A DNA stretch of 63,942 nt, filler included, from Trypethelium eluteriae (Eukaryota): NCBI GenBank assembly GCA_051942245.1. It is 3 parts of 3 records of this genome, joined end to end, with 100 filler letters (N's around TTAATTAATTAA, not from the genome) between each part and the next. Parts side by side here need not be neighbours in the genome. Positions count along the whole stretch, not along the records: positions 45,827 to 63,942 come from JAVECL010000572.1; 2 more parts are not named here. One strand, written 5' to 3'. The notes under the pieces are model-generated. The model had not been told where the DNA came from, ran no database searches, and worked only from the letters and a program-made list of their open reading frames with translations. The position numbers and the translations under genes are program-made. This document shows positions 49,248 through 61,514 of this stretch, one piece after another (the first letter of the stretch is position 1; every line of letters begins with the position of its first letter).

Positions 49248-51353
49248 ATGACAATCGCATCGCCTTTCCCTATGATGCAAACCATATTCAGGTTGCCTTG
49301 GGCGACCGAACAAGTCGGCGAACGTCTCGACTATCAAAAACCGCGACAGAGTCCCATGGTTGAAATACCATACCTCAATAAGTTCAAAAGAAAGAGAAGT
49401 GACTCTGCAGATTTGCCACTGGCGACAAACACGCCGGAGACAAAAAGACAAAAAGGGGCGGTGGAGTGTTTCCAAGACAAGCATGCACCAGAGATGGACA
49501 CGCTAAAGTCCACACCCATTGTGGAAGCGCATGGCGAGAAAAAGTCCGGGATGAAGGAGAAGAGCCAAGTGAAACCTGCAGATAAAGAGAAAGCTCAATT
49601 TAGGCAGGCACCACTGGATCAACAACCACCAAGCTCCTCACCAAAACCCGAGAACGTTCCTCCAAAACAACCAACCTCCTGTCAAGATACAGTATTGAAT
49701 ATGAATCAGGCTTCAAACTCATTAAGCGAAACTATTCAAATTATCATTAACCAGGAGATTCTCCTCAAACATCGAGAACTACGCTTGATTGAACAAGAAC
49801 TAGCTAAATGTCAAATCTCTCTCGAGCAAATCCGTCGCTGCCAGCTGATACCATACCCTGGATCACAACGCATTACAGAGGCAGTCAGCTCGGGCACAGG
49901 TCCGGCCGTGGAGCCACACTCAGGATTCACTCGACCGCAGTACGCCGCACCTTGGGGTGTAACTGATGGACCGTACGCAAGGCATTACTCGAAATGGCTT
50001 ATTCCGAACACAAATTTTGACTCAGTTTCCCAACAGCAGCTGCAAGCCTACAATCAGTCATTTGCTCCCGGTGCAGAAGGTCGGTCTCTACGAGGTGGTC
50101 AAACTGCGGATCCCCGACAGTCAATAGGTGGCAAAGGCCGGTTGTCCCGGATCTCGACTGGCGGTAACTTTCAGTCATTGCCTGCTGATTACCCCACCCC
50201 CAAGGAGAAAGCTGGTCCCCTCATTATCAAACGCGCTTCGGACGGACAACTGGTCAAATTAGTCTGCACCGATTGTCATCGAGGCAACTTCTCAAGCGCA
50301 CAAGGCTTTCTCAATCATTGTCGCATCGCACACCACAGAGACTACAAGAGTCACGATGCAGCAGCCATAGCTTGTGGACAGCCAGTCGATCCAAATGAAG
50401 TGTCCACACCGATGGAGACCCAGCAACCCAGTAGTGCTACAGCGCCGCCTTCGAGCAATTCCCAATTGGTGCATCCTTACATTACAGCAGAACCTCCAGC
50501 AGAGTTACGCGCCGCTTCCCGCCTTTCAAAGAGAGCGTCGCTACTCAGTGAAAATCGCGGCGATTCACCGATGCAGGATCCTGAGGAAGGAAATTCCAAA
50601 GTTGCTCCAGCCGAAATGCCAAAGTCCAAGATAGCCAAGTCAACGCCGTTGTCCCGACCGATTGGGTCAGCGTCTTCTCCATTTGCACCCTCTCCCGCAA
50701 CTCCGCACCTTTCTCAGTGGCTGCAACGTAATGGGTCAAATATAGACCTCGCTCAACTGGTCGCTACATCCCGGGAGAAGGTCGACATAGGATCTGAGCC
50801 TGAGGAATCCGGTGATGAGTCAGAGCTGCCAACCCCTGCTAGTCATGTGCCCAGGTCCTCACTTGCCACGGGAAGGCCTACTACGGCAGGGGGTGTACGC
50901 CCAATGACTGGAGTAGGTGTGGCACAAGCGCCTCTCGATCGTCCCAGCAGCAGGAAAGGGCACAGGCAGCCTCAAGGCAGCAGTAAGATTCAAGCCCGCT
51001 CAGCACCGTCTCGACCAACCAGTCTTGCACCTCCACGCCTGGCCCAGATTCCTCGTGCAGAAGAGATACCTGAAACACCCGAGCTATCACCACATACGCT
51101 GGAGTCTAACCCTGGTCTGGTGAGCGATCGTGGAGAAGATGACGAGGATGAGGACGCGAGATCTGAACATCACCCCGACCCTGATGGAAATGTGAGAATG
51201 CGCGATAGTAACGGCTCCGTGAAATTGCTTGATGGGGAGACGGATATTGTGGATGATGCTGGAAGCGACCGGGAACTTGTTGGTCCACGACCAAAGGCGA
51301 GAAAAACGGAGTTGGGCCAATCCAGTAAATCTGGTCGCAAAGGCGGCAGATAG
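49248..51353 (+). CDS. AHC1-like ADA histone acetyltransferase complex component with C2H2 finger
   Basis: EILLKHRELRLIEQELAKCQISLEQIRRC, PWGVTDGPYARHYSKWL and LVCTDCHRGNFSSAQGFLNHCRIAH. Confidence 0.85.
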   Translation: MTIASPFPMMQTIFRLPWATEQVGERLDYQKPRQSPMVEIPYLNKFKRKRSDSADLPLATNTPETKRQKGAVECFQDKHAPEMDTLKSTPIVEAHGEKKSGMKEKSQVKPADKEKAQFRQAPLDQQPPSSSPKPENVPPKQPTSCQDTVLNMNQASNSLSETIQIIINQEILLKHRELRLIEQELAKCQISLEQIRRCQLIPYPGSQRITEAVSSGTGPAVEPHSGFTRPQYAAPWGVTDGPYARHYSKWLIPNTNFDSVSQQQLQAYNQSFAPGAEGRSLRGGQTADPRQSIGGKGRLSRISTGGNFQSLPADYPTPKEKAGPLIIKRASDGQLVKLVCTDCHRGNFSSAQGFLNHCRIAHHRDYKSHDAAAIACGQPVDPNEVSTPMETQQPSSATAPPSSNSQLVHPYITAEPPAELRAASRLSKRASLLSENRGDSPMQDPEEGNSKVAPAEMPKSKIAKSTPLSRPIGSASSPFAPSPATPHLSQWLQRNGSNIDLAQLVATSREKVDIGSEPEESGDESELPTPASHVPRSSLATGRPTTAGGVRPMTGVGVAQAPLDRPSSRKGHRQPQGSSKIQARSAPSRPTSLAPPRLAQIPRAEEIPETPELSPHTLESNPGLVSDRGEDDEDEDARSEHHPDPDGNVRMRDSNGSVKLLDGETDIVDDAGSDRELVGPRPKARKTELGQSSKSGRKGGR

Positions 51354-52593
51354 TGTCAGCAGCAGTGCCTTGTAGTCGATTTTCCTCTTTCCCTGTTTTG
51401 TGAGATTGTTACAGTGTGTCTGATTATTAGCGATTCCATTATTGTGCGGAATTAGAGGCTGGGATGGCCTCGCCAATCGGGAGCGAGCTGCCCACTTTTC
51501 TCAAGTGGTGGTTTTTCTCGAGTTGTCTCTCTCTCTCTTCTCCTATTGCTTTTCTGTTGTCTGCAAGCAACAAAAGTTGTTTCCCGCTAACGATGAAACG
51601 ACTTAGTGTAATAGTTCTGTACATATACATGGAAAACAACCGAAGGCCTTTCATTGGCATTTGATTAGAGAACCTTGGATGCCTGTGACAGTTCGTAGAT
51701 GTACATTCCCCACATAAGTATTCATGATTACCATCGTTTTGGGGAACCTCCGAAGGATATCTGTGTATTGTACACATGCACCGACACGATCGCTTTTTCG
51801 ACCGATCCGACCCGTCCACCCAACGCCTACGCTAAAATGACACCCGGAAGACCTTTCGCAGCCGCTGGCATTTCTGCATTATTGAATGAGAAGCGAGACC
51901 TGAGCCGTCCTCGTCAACAGAGTCGGCTCTCTATCAGAAAGGTTGTATTTACTCACAGCCATTGCTACGCAGCATAAACTAACGTATGGGCTCAAACGCT
52001 CGCCTATGCGCGCGAATTTCCAGAAGATCCCAAAAGCCCTGTGTCTCGAAGTCAATATCTTATGCCTAGGAAATGAGATGACCCAGAATGCCCCTTACCC
52101 ATCTTTATTTCTGTCCATGATGCCGGGGAAAATAGAGTGTGCGTAGGCGCATGTACAGATGAGGAGGAGCATTACCATGAGCAGGGACTGAAAATTGAAG
52201 AGCGCGGCCTGCATGTCGAAATCAGTCTGGGGAGCTCCAAGTTCCAAAAGCTGGGAATCTGCTTACCATCTTGATCTTCACCCACTTTAAGTATGAGGGC
52301 TCTGATAGATGCTCGTGGGTCCGTCTTGTGATTGCGGCTTTGAAAGTTGTCAGAAGGCATGTGCCTACCGTCTGCTACTTCCAGGGGGCTTAGGGACATT
52401 GGAGGTGGCCGATACTCGTACCTAAGGTATTAACTTAAATGAGCCCGGCCCGGGAGCTCACAATAAAAGTTTCGGCCACCCCCATATCCTTTCCCCACGG
52501 ACGTCACTCTTCAATTGCAACGACATTCTACACTCACTGCTTCATGTCAAGTGCGCATGCCTGCAAATAGCTTCACAGCTACCTGACATCACG

Positions 52594-53143
52594 ATGGCCG
52601 AGCCGCGCATGCGCATGCGCCAAAAAGGCCAGCAATTTGCAACCTCAGACTGTGAGTTTCTCCTCTACAACTCTACGATGCGACCTCGTCTATACCAAAA
52701 GCACCTGTTTCACCATGCCTACCAAGCCCACGAAGAACGTCAGACGTAACGTTGATCACTCACTCCACGATGATGCCTTAGTAGAAGCTTTCCTCTACGC
52801 CTTCGGCGATACGCCTCCTTCCCTTCCTTCTACAATCCGCACCCTCGACGAAATCATCACCGACTTCATCATCGAAACATGCCACGAAGCCGCTCTATGC
52901 GCCTCGTACAGTCGCCGCGCGAAGATCAAGGTAGACGACTTCAAGTTCACGCTGCGCAAGGATGGCAAGAAGCTCGGACGCGTCGCCGACATGTTAGCGC
53001 GGGACGCTGAGATCAAGAATCAGAGGAGGGGATTTGACTTTGAGGACGAGATGAAGGCGGCGAAAGATGAAGGAGCTGGAGACGAGGAGAGGCCAAGGAA
53101 GAGGGCAAAGATTGTTAAGGACGAGGACGTAAGTGACGGTTGA
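52594..53143 (+). CDS. TAF13: TFIID subunit Taf13 (TFIID-18kDa histone fold); exons 52594-52651, 52782-53143
   Basis: MAEPRMRMRQKGQQFATSD-LEAFLYAFGD...LDEIITDFIIETCH...KIKVDDFKFTLRKDGKKLGRV. Confidence 0.88.
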
Positions 53144-53618
53144 TCAGAAGCGAGAATGCATCTGGGCCGAGATCAGATTTTCACTGGAGGCATAGCGAGG
53201 CGTTCAGGGACTGTGGGAGCATTGATAGGTGTGATCACTCATGGTGGCATCATACTCGTCATTGTCATTAGATCAGTGCTTGAGAGACTCAGATCGTTCT
53301 CTATCTAGGCTGGGAATGACAGCCAGGTACGCTAGCATTGTCTAGCTGTCGAACACCGAACGCCATACTTTTCCCATGCATTCATGCGTACATATGCCAA
53401 AGCAGGTGCCACGTAAAACCATATGTGCTTCCTGAATGGAGAGATAGAGCCTTCATTCCTCCCAAACGGACCGCAATATCGGAGTCGCTCCTTTGGACGC
53501 CCTCAGTCAGGAGTGAGGACGACGATTGACCTACATCGACCACGTTGACCGAGGAGATCGTCCATATCGTAGCAAAGCCGGAAATATTTCAGAACTCACG
53601 ATCATCTATACTCAAAGA

Positions 53619-54749
53619 TCAGTCGCCGCGGTTCTGATTTCTAGGCTTGCCTCTTCTTTGATCCTGTTGACCACCTTTCTGCCCACCTCCCGAGCCACTA
53701 CCACCCTCTGCTAATGGATCACCAGACCCGAGCGTCAAAGCAGCCGTGGCGAGGCGGTTGGATAGGTCGATCTGGGTTCTAATGGTATTCGACAGATATG
53801 ATACAAGAAGGATATCCTGGAGGTGATTGTTGCTGCTGAGCATTAGCTTTGCTTTTCTATAGGACACAATGGAGACTGACAAATCTCGCTCAATATCGGC
53901 GGGATCAACCTTGGGCGCCAGTGATAATGCATTCATCAAGAACTGACCCAACGCACTTGACGGAGTCGCATCTTCGTCCAGAACGTTGTTGACGTAATTC
54001 GATACTCGATCCAGCATCTCCAGTACCTGCTCGATCGCTCTCTCTAGCGACTCAATATCCGTAAAAACCCCGGTTGTCCGGTCTTCCCTCTCCTTCGCCC
54101 CTGATACTAACTCCAACCCACTCTTTTCCGATTCCCCATATTTGATCTCATAAGTCACGGGAATGAACAAACAGCTATCCGCTGCCCTCTCCGCCGTCAC
54201 CCCAATTGGCGCACTGATATACGTCCTCGCCTCTATGTCCTTTCCCGGTACTGTGCTCACCGTCAGATGCACCGCCGGATGCGGCCACGTGCCATCACCC
54301 TGCTGTCCGTAGAAGTTCTGGATTAGCGCCGAAAAGGTGTTGAGCTCCGCGCTCGTGGCGTACCACCCGACCAGCACTTCCTTCGGGTTGGCGCGCAGGT
54401 GTAGGGCGAGCATCTGCTTCTGGTAGTCCATGTCGACCTCGACCTGCTCGGCGGTCTCAGTATGCGGGACAGCATAGCAGTTGCGGATCTCGACTTCGGT
54501 CCCGTCTTCGCTGCGGGTGCCAAGGAGGGTGCCGATGACGCGCTCTTGGTCGGTGTTGCGGTGGAGGGAATGGTCGAGAATGGAGAATACGGCCTTTGAT
54601 ACAGTCAGTCAGGGACATTGGATTTGCAATTAGGCTTTACGCACTTGAGGCTGTATGATAACATTAAGTGGTTGCGTTGAAGGCTGCGATCCCACCGCTG
54701 CTGGTCCCAGCGGTCTTGCGAGGTGGAGAAAGGAGTCGGTATCCCCCAT
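53619..54749 (-). CDS. EIF3F: Eukaryotic translation initiation factor 3 subunit F (MPN domain); exons 54749-54645, 54593-53881, 53832-53619
   Basis: [16 protein letters not shown]...RVIGTLLG...YAVPH...VGWYAT and [21 protein letters not shown]. Confidence 0.92.
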
Positions 54750-54968
54750 GGTTGCGGCTTGGTCGTAACGAGAGTACTCCGATTCACTCTGAATACTGAG
54801 TCCTCTCTTGTTCAGGTCAGCGGGTTTAGTAGGGGATGGGATTCAGCGACGCCAACTCCGAATTTTGCCTTGGTGGGGTGCTACCGCCAAGTTTTTGTCT
54901 TAACATTTTCTCCGCAAACACTTCCGCACAACTTCTTCCGCAATTCGGCATTACATAGCAGCTCAAAA

Positions 54969-57169
54969 ATGGCGCCTTTTAGAGGAAGGAGCAGAGGCAG
55001 GCCTGAGGGTAGGAGGCAAGAGCGCAACGGAACTCACTCGAAGAAAAGGTTTCCAACGCAGCGGGTAGTGGCAGAAGAGAATGAGTAAGTTGGATTTCCC
55101 TTCAATTGATTCTCAGCTAAAGACTAATGCCAGGAAGTGCTCCAAATGGAGAAGCAGAAAATTCCTCCGAGGACTCGGAGAGCCGGTACGAAGACGACCT
55201 TGATGGTGAGGAAGACGAGCAATCCATAGTCAAGCCAAACCCGTACAATATTCTGCTACAGTCACTACAGCAAGAGGCGGAACAGGCCGAGCCTCGGAAG
55301 AAGAAACGAAAGCTTGATCGTCTCGATCGTCCGAATTCAGCAGCAATAGAGACCTCAGCATTAGACGATGCAGACGAGAACCCTCTAAAGGAGGCAAACG
55401 GCCAAGAGGAGGATACAACAGATGGAGCACCCGTGGAGGAGACTTTAGACGAAGACGAAGATAGCTCCGACCCATTCGAGACACATTTTGGGTCATTTGA
55501 CGAAAATCGTGTGTTTGAGTGCATACAAAACATTGATCAGAATTCGTGGCGTGTCGAAAAACATCAAAACACTGTAGACAGGATATTTTTGAGTATGCCA
55601 AGCTCAGCCAAGAGCACGAATACGCACTACTACCAAAACAAATCAAAAAGCCCCGAGAATTTGAAGCTTAAAAAGCGGCTGGCGGCAGCCGCCCAGAGCA
55701 TCATTCCCAGTTTTGACGAGCTCCAGCGAGAGCTCGTGCCATATGTGTTCAACTATTCTGATCTGCTCTTCACATCCAGAACGGCGCAAAATGCTGCTAG
55801 TCTACGCTACATAACATGCTTGCACGTTTTGAACCATGTCTTCAAAACCCGAGATCGAGTGCTGAAGAATAACGCAAAGCTGGCGAATGCGAGTGATGGT
55901 GATGAGTTGGAACTTAGGGACCAAGGATTTACTCGGCCAAGGGTTCTTCTATTGCTTGAAACGCGGCAATCCTGCGCTGAGATGATTGAGACGATGATGA
56001 GACTGTGTGAGCCCGAGCAACAGGAGAACAAGAAGCGTTTCCAAGACGGCTACACCAACAACGAAGATAAATTTGCGGAAGACAGACCGGAGGATTTCCG
56101 AGAGCTCTTCGAAGGGAACGACGACAATGATTTCAGACTCGGCTTGAAGTTTACGCGCAAGACTGTTCGTTATTTCTCCCCATTTTATACCTCGGATATA
56201 ATTCTTGCAAGTCCTCTAGGACTGCGAAGAATTGTGGAGAATGATGATCCCAAGAAGAGAGATCATGACTTCCTTAGCTCAATCGAGGTCGTCATTGTAG
56301 ATCAAGCCGACGCAATGCTACAGCAGAACTGGGAGCATGTTGAGTATGTCTTCTCTCACCTCAACCTGCAGCCAAGAGAAGCACACGGTTGCGACTTCAG
56401 CCGAGTACGCAATTGGTACCTTGACGGTCATGCAAGATTCTGGCGGCAAACCATCATTTTCTCTGCATACAATACGCCGGAGCTCAACAACCTCTTCAAT
56501 AGCAGCTTGTTGAACTTCTCCGGAAAAGCAAAGGTGCAGCCAGAATACGATGGCTCCTATCTCTCTGTTAACCTTCCCCTAAAGCAAACATTCTCTCGAA
56601 TGAATCCTGCATCACCCGCTGCCGACCCGGACGCTCGATTCAATTACTTCACTTCTGCCATCATTCCATCGCTCACACGACACCTACAGCCAGCTGACCC
56701 AACGATTGGCGGACCTGGGATTTTGATCTTTATCCCATCGTATCTAGACTTTGTCCGGCTGCGAAATTACTTTGCCAGCTCGAACGCAACACAAAACATT
56801 TCATTCGGCTCAGTGTCTGAGTACACAGATATGCCGGAAGTTCGACGGGCTCGCGCGCACTTCTTCAACGGGCGACATGCTGTACTCTTGTATACAGGGC
56901 GTGCGCATCACTTCCGGCGGTACAAGATTCGAGGCGTGAAGAAGGTGGTGTTCTACGGGCTCCCCGACAATCCAATATTCTATCGAGAAATAATTGAGGG
57001 GTTTCTTGGACAAACGATTGCGGAGGGCAGGGTGGATGCGGCGGAAGTTGGGGCGAGGGTTATGTTTTCCAAGTGGGATGCGTTGAAGCTAGAGAGGATT
57101 GTAGGGACGAGGAGAGTGGGTGGTATGCTAAGGGACAAGGAAGGGGATACCTTTGACTTCATATCTTAA
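54969..57169 (+). CDS. UTP25: U3 snoRNA-associated protein Utp25 (DUF1253); intron starts 55085, acceptor 55137 (or 55122)
   Basis: [54 protein letters not shown] and [11 protein letters not shown]. Confidence 0.93.
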
Positions 57170-57676
57170 GCCCCAAGGAATTATACGTCAAAATAGAAAA
57201 CTGAAAGAAAATTGAAAATCCATGATTGCCATGTCAGGTCTGAAAAGGTCCTCCCAAAGCGGCTAGTGCCATGAGGCATTCCTCGGATCTAGAAGCTCAA
57301 CAAGACGACACCTCGTTTCTCTTTGTCTCAATGACTACATCAAGGAATGTCACTTTTGTGTGCATTATCCTACTCATAATCACATCGTAGCCTCATGAGG
57401 TACGGTCCGATAAGAGCAGTCACGCAAAATGTGAGCTTGTCCGTTGACTATTAGTTCAAAGATTCTAGCAACCTGTAAGGTACCGTAGTTTACAAGCAAA
57501 AAGCAGTGGATAGACTTTTGGTCTTAATGAACATGATTAACCTCATAGGGTTATGGCTTCTCAGGCCAATTTAAATATACTCTTGCATGAAAGAGATCAA
57601 CCAGCATCCAGAAACGAGCCACAGGAATGTGCTGCTTAGTCTTGAATGAGTTAGCCAAAATTCGTGGGTGTATGGG

Positions 57677-59245
57677 TTACTTCATCAACTCACCAGCCGT
57701 CCCAGCTAGGTTGGTCTCATTCATGAAATCTGCCAGCTCCTCATCATCTTCAGCATCTTCCAACGAGTCTTTAGGCATTATCGCATCCAGCATCTGGAGC
57801 TTTCGCTCTCGCGAGCACCTGCTGTCAGGCTGAGGCAGCCATTTTAATACGTTGTTGAACTCGGGTGACCTCTTTACCGCCTCAACGGCGTCCAGCATCA
57901 ATCTCCGATTCAACGTCCACCGATTGCTCTTTATCAGCGGCCACTTCCGAAGGTTCCAGATGTTGTTGAATGTCTTTGCAGTGAAAGCATGGGCCAGCGC
58001 TACCGTGACCACTTCACTGTCCATTCTCCTCAACTGCTCCACTTGCTCGACCCGACTTAAATGCTCGTCGGGGAGCATCAGGAGCGTTGACTCCTCTTCT
58101 ACGAGCGCGTAAACGCTCTTTTCCTCTTCTCCACCTGACAGAGACGCCAGGAACTCGTCAATCTCTTCGTCGTCCAGACCCGCGCTCGATTCTTCGCTTT
58201 GAGGGTTTGACTGATAATAAGGTCCTCTCTGCGCATGCTTGTCTGAATTGGCGTCGTGTACGGAAGGATGATCAAGAAGCTCATCTGTCTTCTCCTCCTC
58301 TCCGTCCTCTCCCTCTTCTTCTTCTTCTTCTCCTTCTCCTTCTCCTTCTCCATCCTCCTCCTCGTCGCCAGCGATTGAATGTTGAGATGATGAGGACCCC
58401 CCGGCGGCATTCATAGACCAGTCTGACATCTTGTCGGAGTCTTCATATCGCTGGCTGGTATGGTTGAGACTCTGTTCTTGAAGATGCTGGACTTGATCCT
58501 CCAGACCGTGAAGTCTTTGGTCTTTCTCGACCAATTGTGACTTCAGTTGATCAACATCTCCTTTCAGATGTAGGACAGTCTGTTGCTCTTGATTGATGAG
58601 GATGTCTCGGGATGTACTTGCCCTCCGAGCATCCTCGAGCTCTCTCCTGCACGCCATATTTTCTTCTTTAAGCTTGGCGTTCTCTTCTTTGAGTCTCTCG
58701 ACCTCCTTTTCAATCGTTTGAAACACGGCAGTGTCCGCAGTAACTGCGGCCCACCCCTTAATTTTGGCGAACTCTTCAAGAGCTCGCCACCTTTCTTGTG
58801 TTTCTTTTGCATTGGCCTAAATCATCAGTTTCTCAAAGTGCCATCGATAACTATCGGAGCTGACCTCATTCTGGTATCGGGCTAATACAAGCTGGGCATT
58901 AAGCCCGTCTGCCCTTTTCCTCTCCTCCTTTGTCTCCGAACGTCGCCTTTCAATCTCTGGTCTCAGCGATCTGACTTCTGAACGCGAGGGTGTCCTCCTC
59001 ATGCTACGAGCTGCGAATTTCGAAGCCCGGTTTTTTCCAAAAGCAGTCATTGCTTGCTGCTTTTGGAATTCACTGCGAAGTTTTCGCAGCCGGTATGCCG
59101 ATGGCATATCTTGCGCAAGTGACGACCGTTGAATCTTATACGGGCTCAGGTGATCGACTTGCTCATTATTGGCGGATCTCTTCCTGGAACATCCAAAGAT
59201 GATGGCATGTTCTGTCAAAGGCCCTTTTGAGCCTCTATCATTCAT
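57677..59245 (-). CDS. Coiled-coil protein of unknown function with acidic tract; exons 59245-58865, 58816-57677 (possible extra 5' exon from 59369)
   Basis: Two ORFs are joined in frame by a GTCAGC...TAG intron. The product has a heptad-like EKEVERLKEENAKLKEEN region and an E/G-rich repeat. No family recognised. Confidence 0.7.
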
Positions 59246-59899
59246 CCGGGCAGACTCTGTGTCCCAATAGACTGCACTCGCTCTTTAGTAGTTGCTTGCT
59301 ATTTTCGGACGTTCTTCCAGAACAAAAACACCTACGGGTATTCGGAGTATTGTAAGTCGTGTGTCCCATTGGTGGACTCAGATCGAATGAAGAACCCATC
59401 TTGGGTGCTGTTAGGGTGGTGAACGTGCTGATGAGCGCGGGTCTATCACCGGCAGATGGCGGAAGGAAGAGTTATGAGGAGGATATGATGTTAATGTGAA
59501 GGTACTCTCAGAATTATGATATGATGTTATTCAAGCTGATGGATCGAATCAGTAGTGAAGCGGACGAGGTAGCAAGTTAAGGAGTAGAACGCGAGGTCAA
59601 AGAAGGGGGAAGTAGAAAAGAGTCACTCGCGAGGCCATTTCTTATCACTTGGTTCTAATAATACGCCCAACACAGCTATCACTGAAGGTGGTGATGCCGG
59701 GCTCTCGGAGATTGCGAACTCGAGTGATGACAAGAAGATCGCAACACAACCCCCGAACTCTGTATATCACATCCAGAAACAGTCTTACATTGGCCCACTT
59801 GGAAAATGATTCTTTCGGCGGAGTTCCTACTTCACAAGAGCTTCTCTGCCCGCGTGGGTTGTCTTCCTTTCGCTTGTCTTCGGCAGTCACGTACTCTCT

Positions 59900-60590
59900 A
59901 ACTCAAGCAATTTACCACAGCTTCTCGACCATCACATTCTCATCCGTAACGGAGGAGCTTCTTTCCGTGATCCTCAAATATGTCGGTGTTGAGGACTTCT
60001 ACGGCGACATTGATAGGCTGGCTGCATGCAAGAGGTGCTATCGGATCAGCAGTCTTATGATTATGAAGGGAGTGATTGTGATAGAGAGATCAAAGCTATT
60101 ACCGCCCAACACGCTCGATCTTCTTCGAGGATGGCTTTATACGAATGACTTCAAGTTTGCCTTCTGTAATCGCTTGCCTAGATCCAAGAGTCTCTTCTAC
60201 AAAAAGAGTGTGTTGTTTGATGTCGAGTTAATACGAAACCTCCTTCACGTCTGTTAAGACTGGAATGAGGGGCTCTTCGAATCATGCCGAAAGCCACGAA
60301 CAATCCAATTCCAAGGACACGCGCCAATCCTCGGAGGTCCTCCAAGTATCCTCTTCGAAGTCAGACCAGGTCCATGAAGACTTTCTAGGATTCTCGACTG
60401 GCACTCTTCCATTTACCTTGACGGACTTGCACTTAGATTTATACAGAGTAGCTGTCGACCTGTGGGGTATAGTGAACGATGAAAGGCAAACTCATCTATC
60501 AGGACACCCTGTTTGGCACTTGCAGGGACAAACATCATGGACAAGGGAACACCGCAGTGCATGCGAGATATGGCCTCGATTTCTTTGATT
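59900..60590 (+). pseudogene. Degenerate F-box-like gene remnant
   Basis: FSSVTEELLSVILKYVGVEDFYGDIDRLAACKRCY resembles a fungal F-box-like N-terminus, and LPFTLTDLHLDL occurs downstream in another frame. I could build no coherent spliced model. Confidence 0.4.
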
Positions 60591-60648
60591 CATTCAATTA
60601 GCAGGTTCGAATGCTTTATAGCAAGATGCTTGAATAGCAAGAAAGCAC

Positions 60649-61514
60649 TCATGGCTTAACGCTCTCATTCCTCTCGACTAGTTCTCCAACGCCCAGCCCC
60701 CTGCCAACCTTGACTTTCCTCTTCTTTCCCTTGCCCTTCTTAGCCTCCCCTTCGCCCTTCTTGCCCGCGCTACCTACCTCATCACCTTCATCGACCGCCT
60801 CAGCGTCGTCCTCGCTGCTCTCCGCCTCTTCTCGGAAGTAAGAGAGATCCATCTTCATCGAATACGCGTCCTCGCCATCGGCATAGTACTTTGGTTCGAT
60901 CTTATCGACTTTGAAGCCCAAGGTGTCGCGATAGAGATGGAGAGCCGCAGTGTTCGACATGCGGACATGTAAAGAGACGTAGTGCGCTCCATATGTCTCA
61001 AACATTGCTCGCTCTATTGAAGTGTGAGCTTTTTCCAAGGACCGAAGAAGGATTATGTGCCACAAATTGTGGAAGCACACTCACGGCTCTGACGCATCAG
61101 TTTCTCTGCTAGACCTAATCTCCGATGTGTTCGCATGACGCTCAAACTCGTAATATGACCGTGCTGAACTCCGTCCGCAGGTTCTTCCTCCATCTTAGCG
61201 AGGACGTAACCGACAACTTTTGGGGGGTCATATGGCGTCTTTTTCGGACGAGAAACCTTCCAGTTCACGTAAGCGGAGCAAGCAGCGATTTGGTCTGTAT
61301 AGCAAAGTATAGAACGACGAAATGGAATCTTCCTGACTGTGCAATGGAGCTAATTGAAAGGGTAATTACATACATCGACGGCTACATAGCTTAGTTGGGG
61401 CCAGCTCAAAGCATGGTACATATAATATTTGAAGAAATAGTTTTCCGGTAGATTTGTGATATTAGCCTGCTGGACATGTGGTATGTCTGAGGGGCGTAGC
61501 AGTCGTATATCCAT
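60649..61514 (-). CDS. ARD1: NatA N-terminal acetyltransferase catalytic subunit Ard1/NAA10; exons 61514-61374, 61256-61085, 61013-60649
   Basis: [63 protein letters not shown] and YYADGEDAY. Confidence 0.95.
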
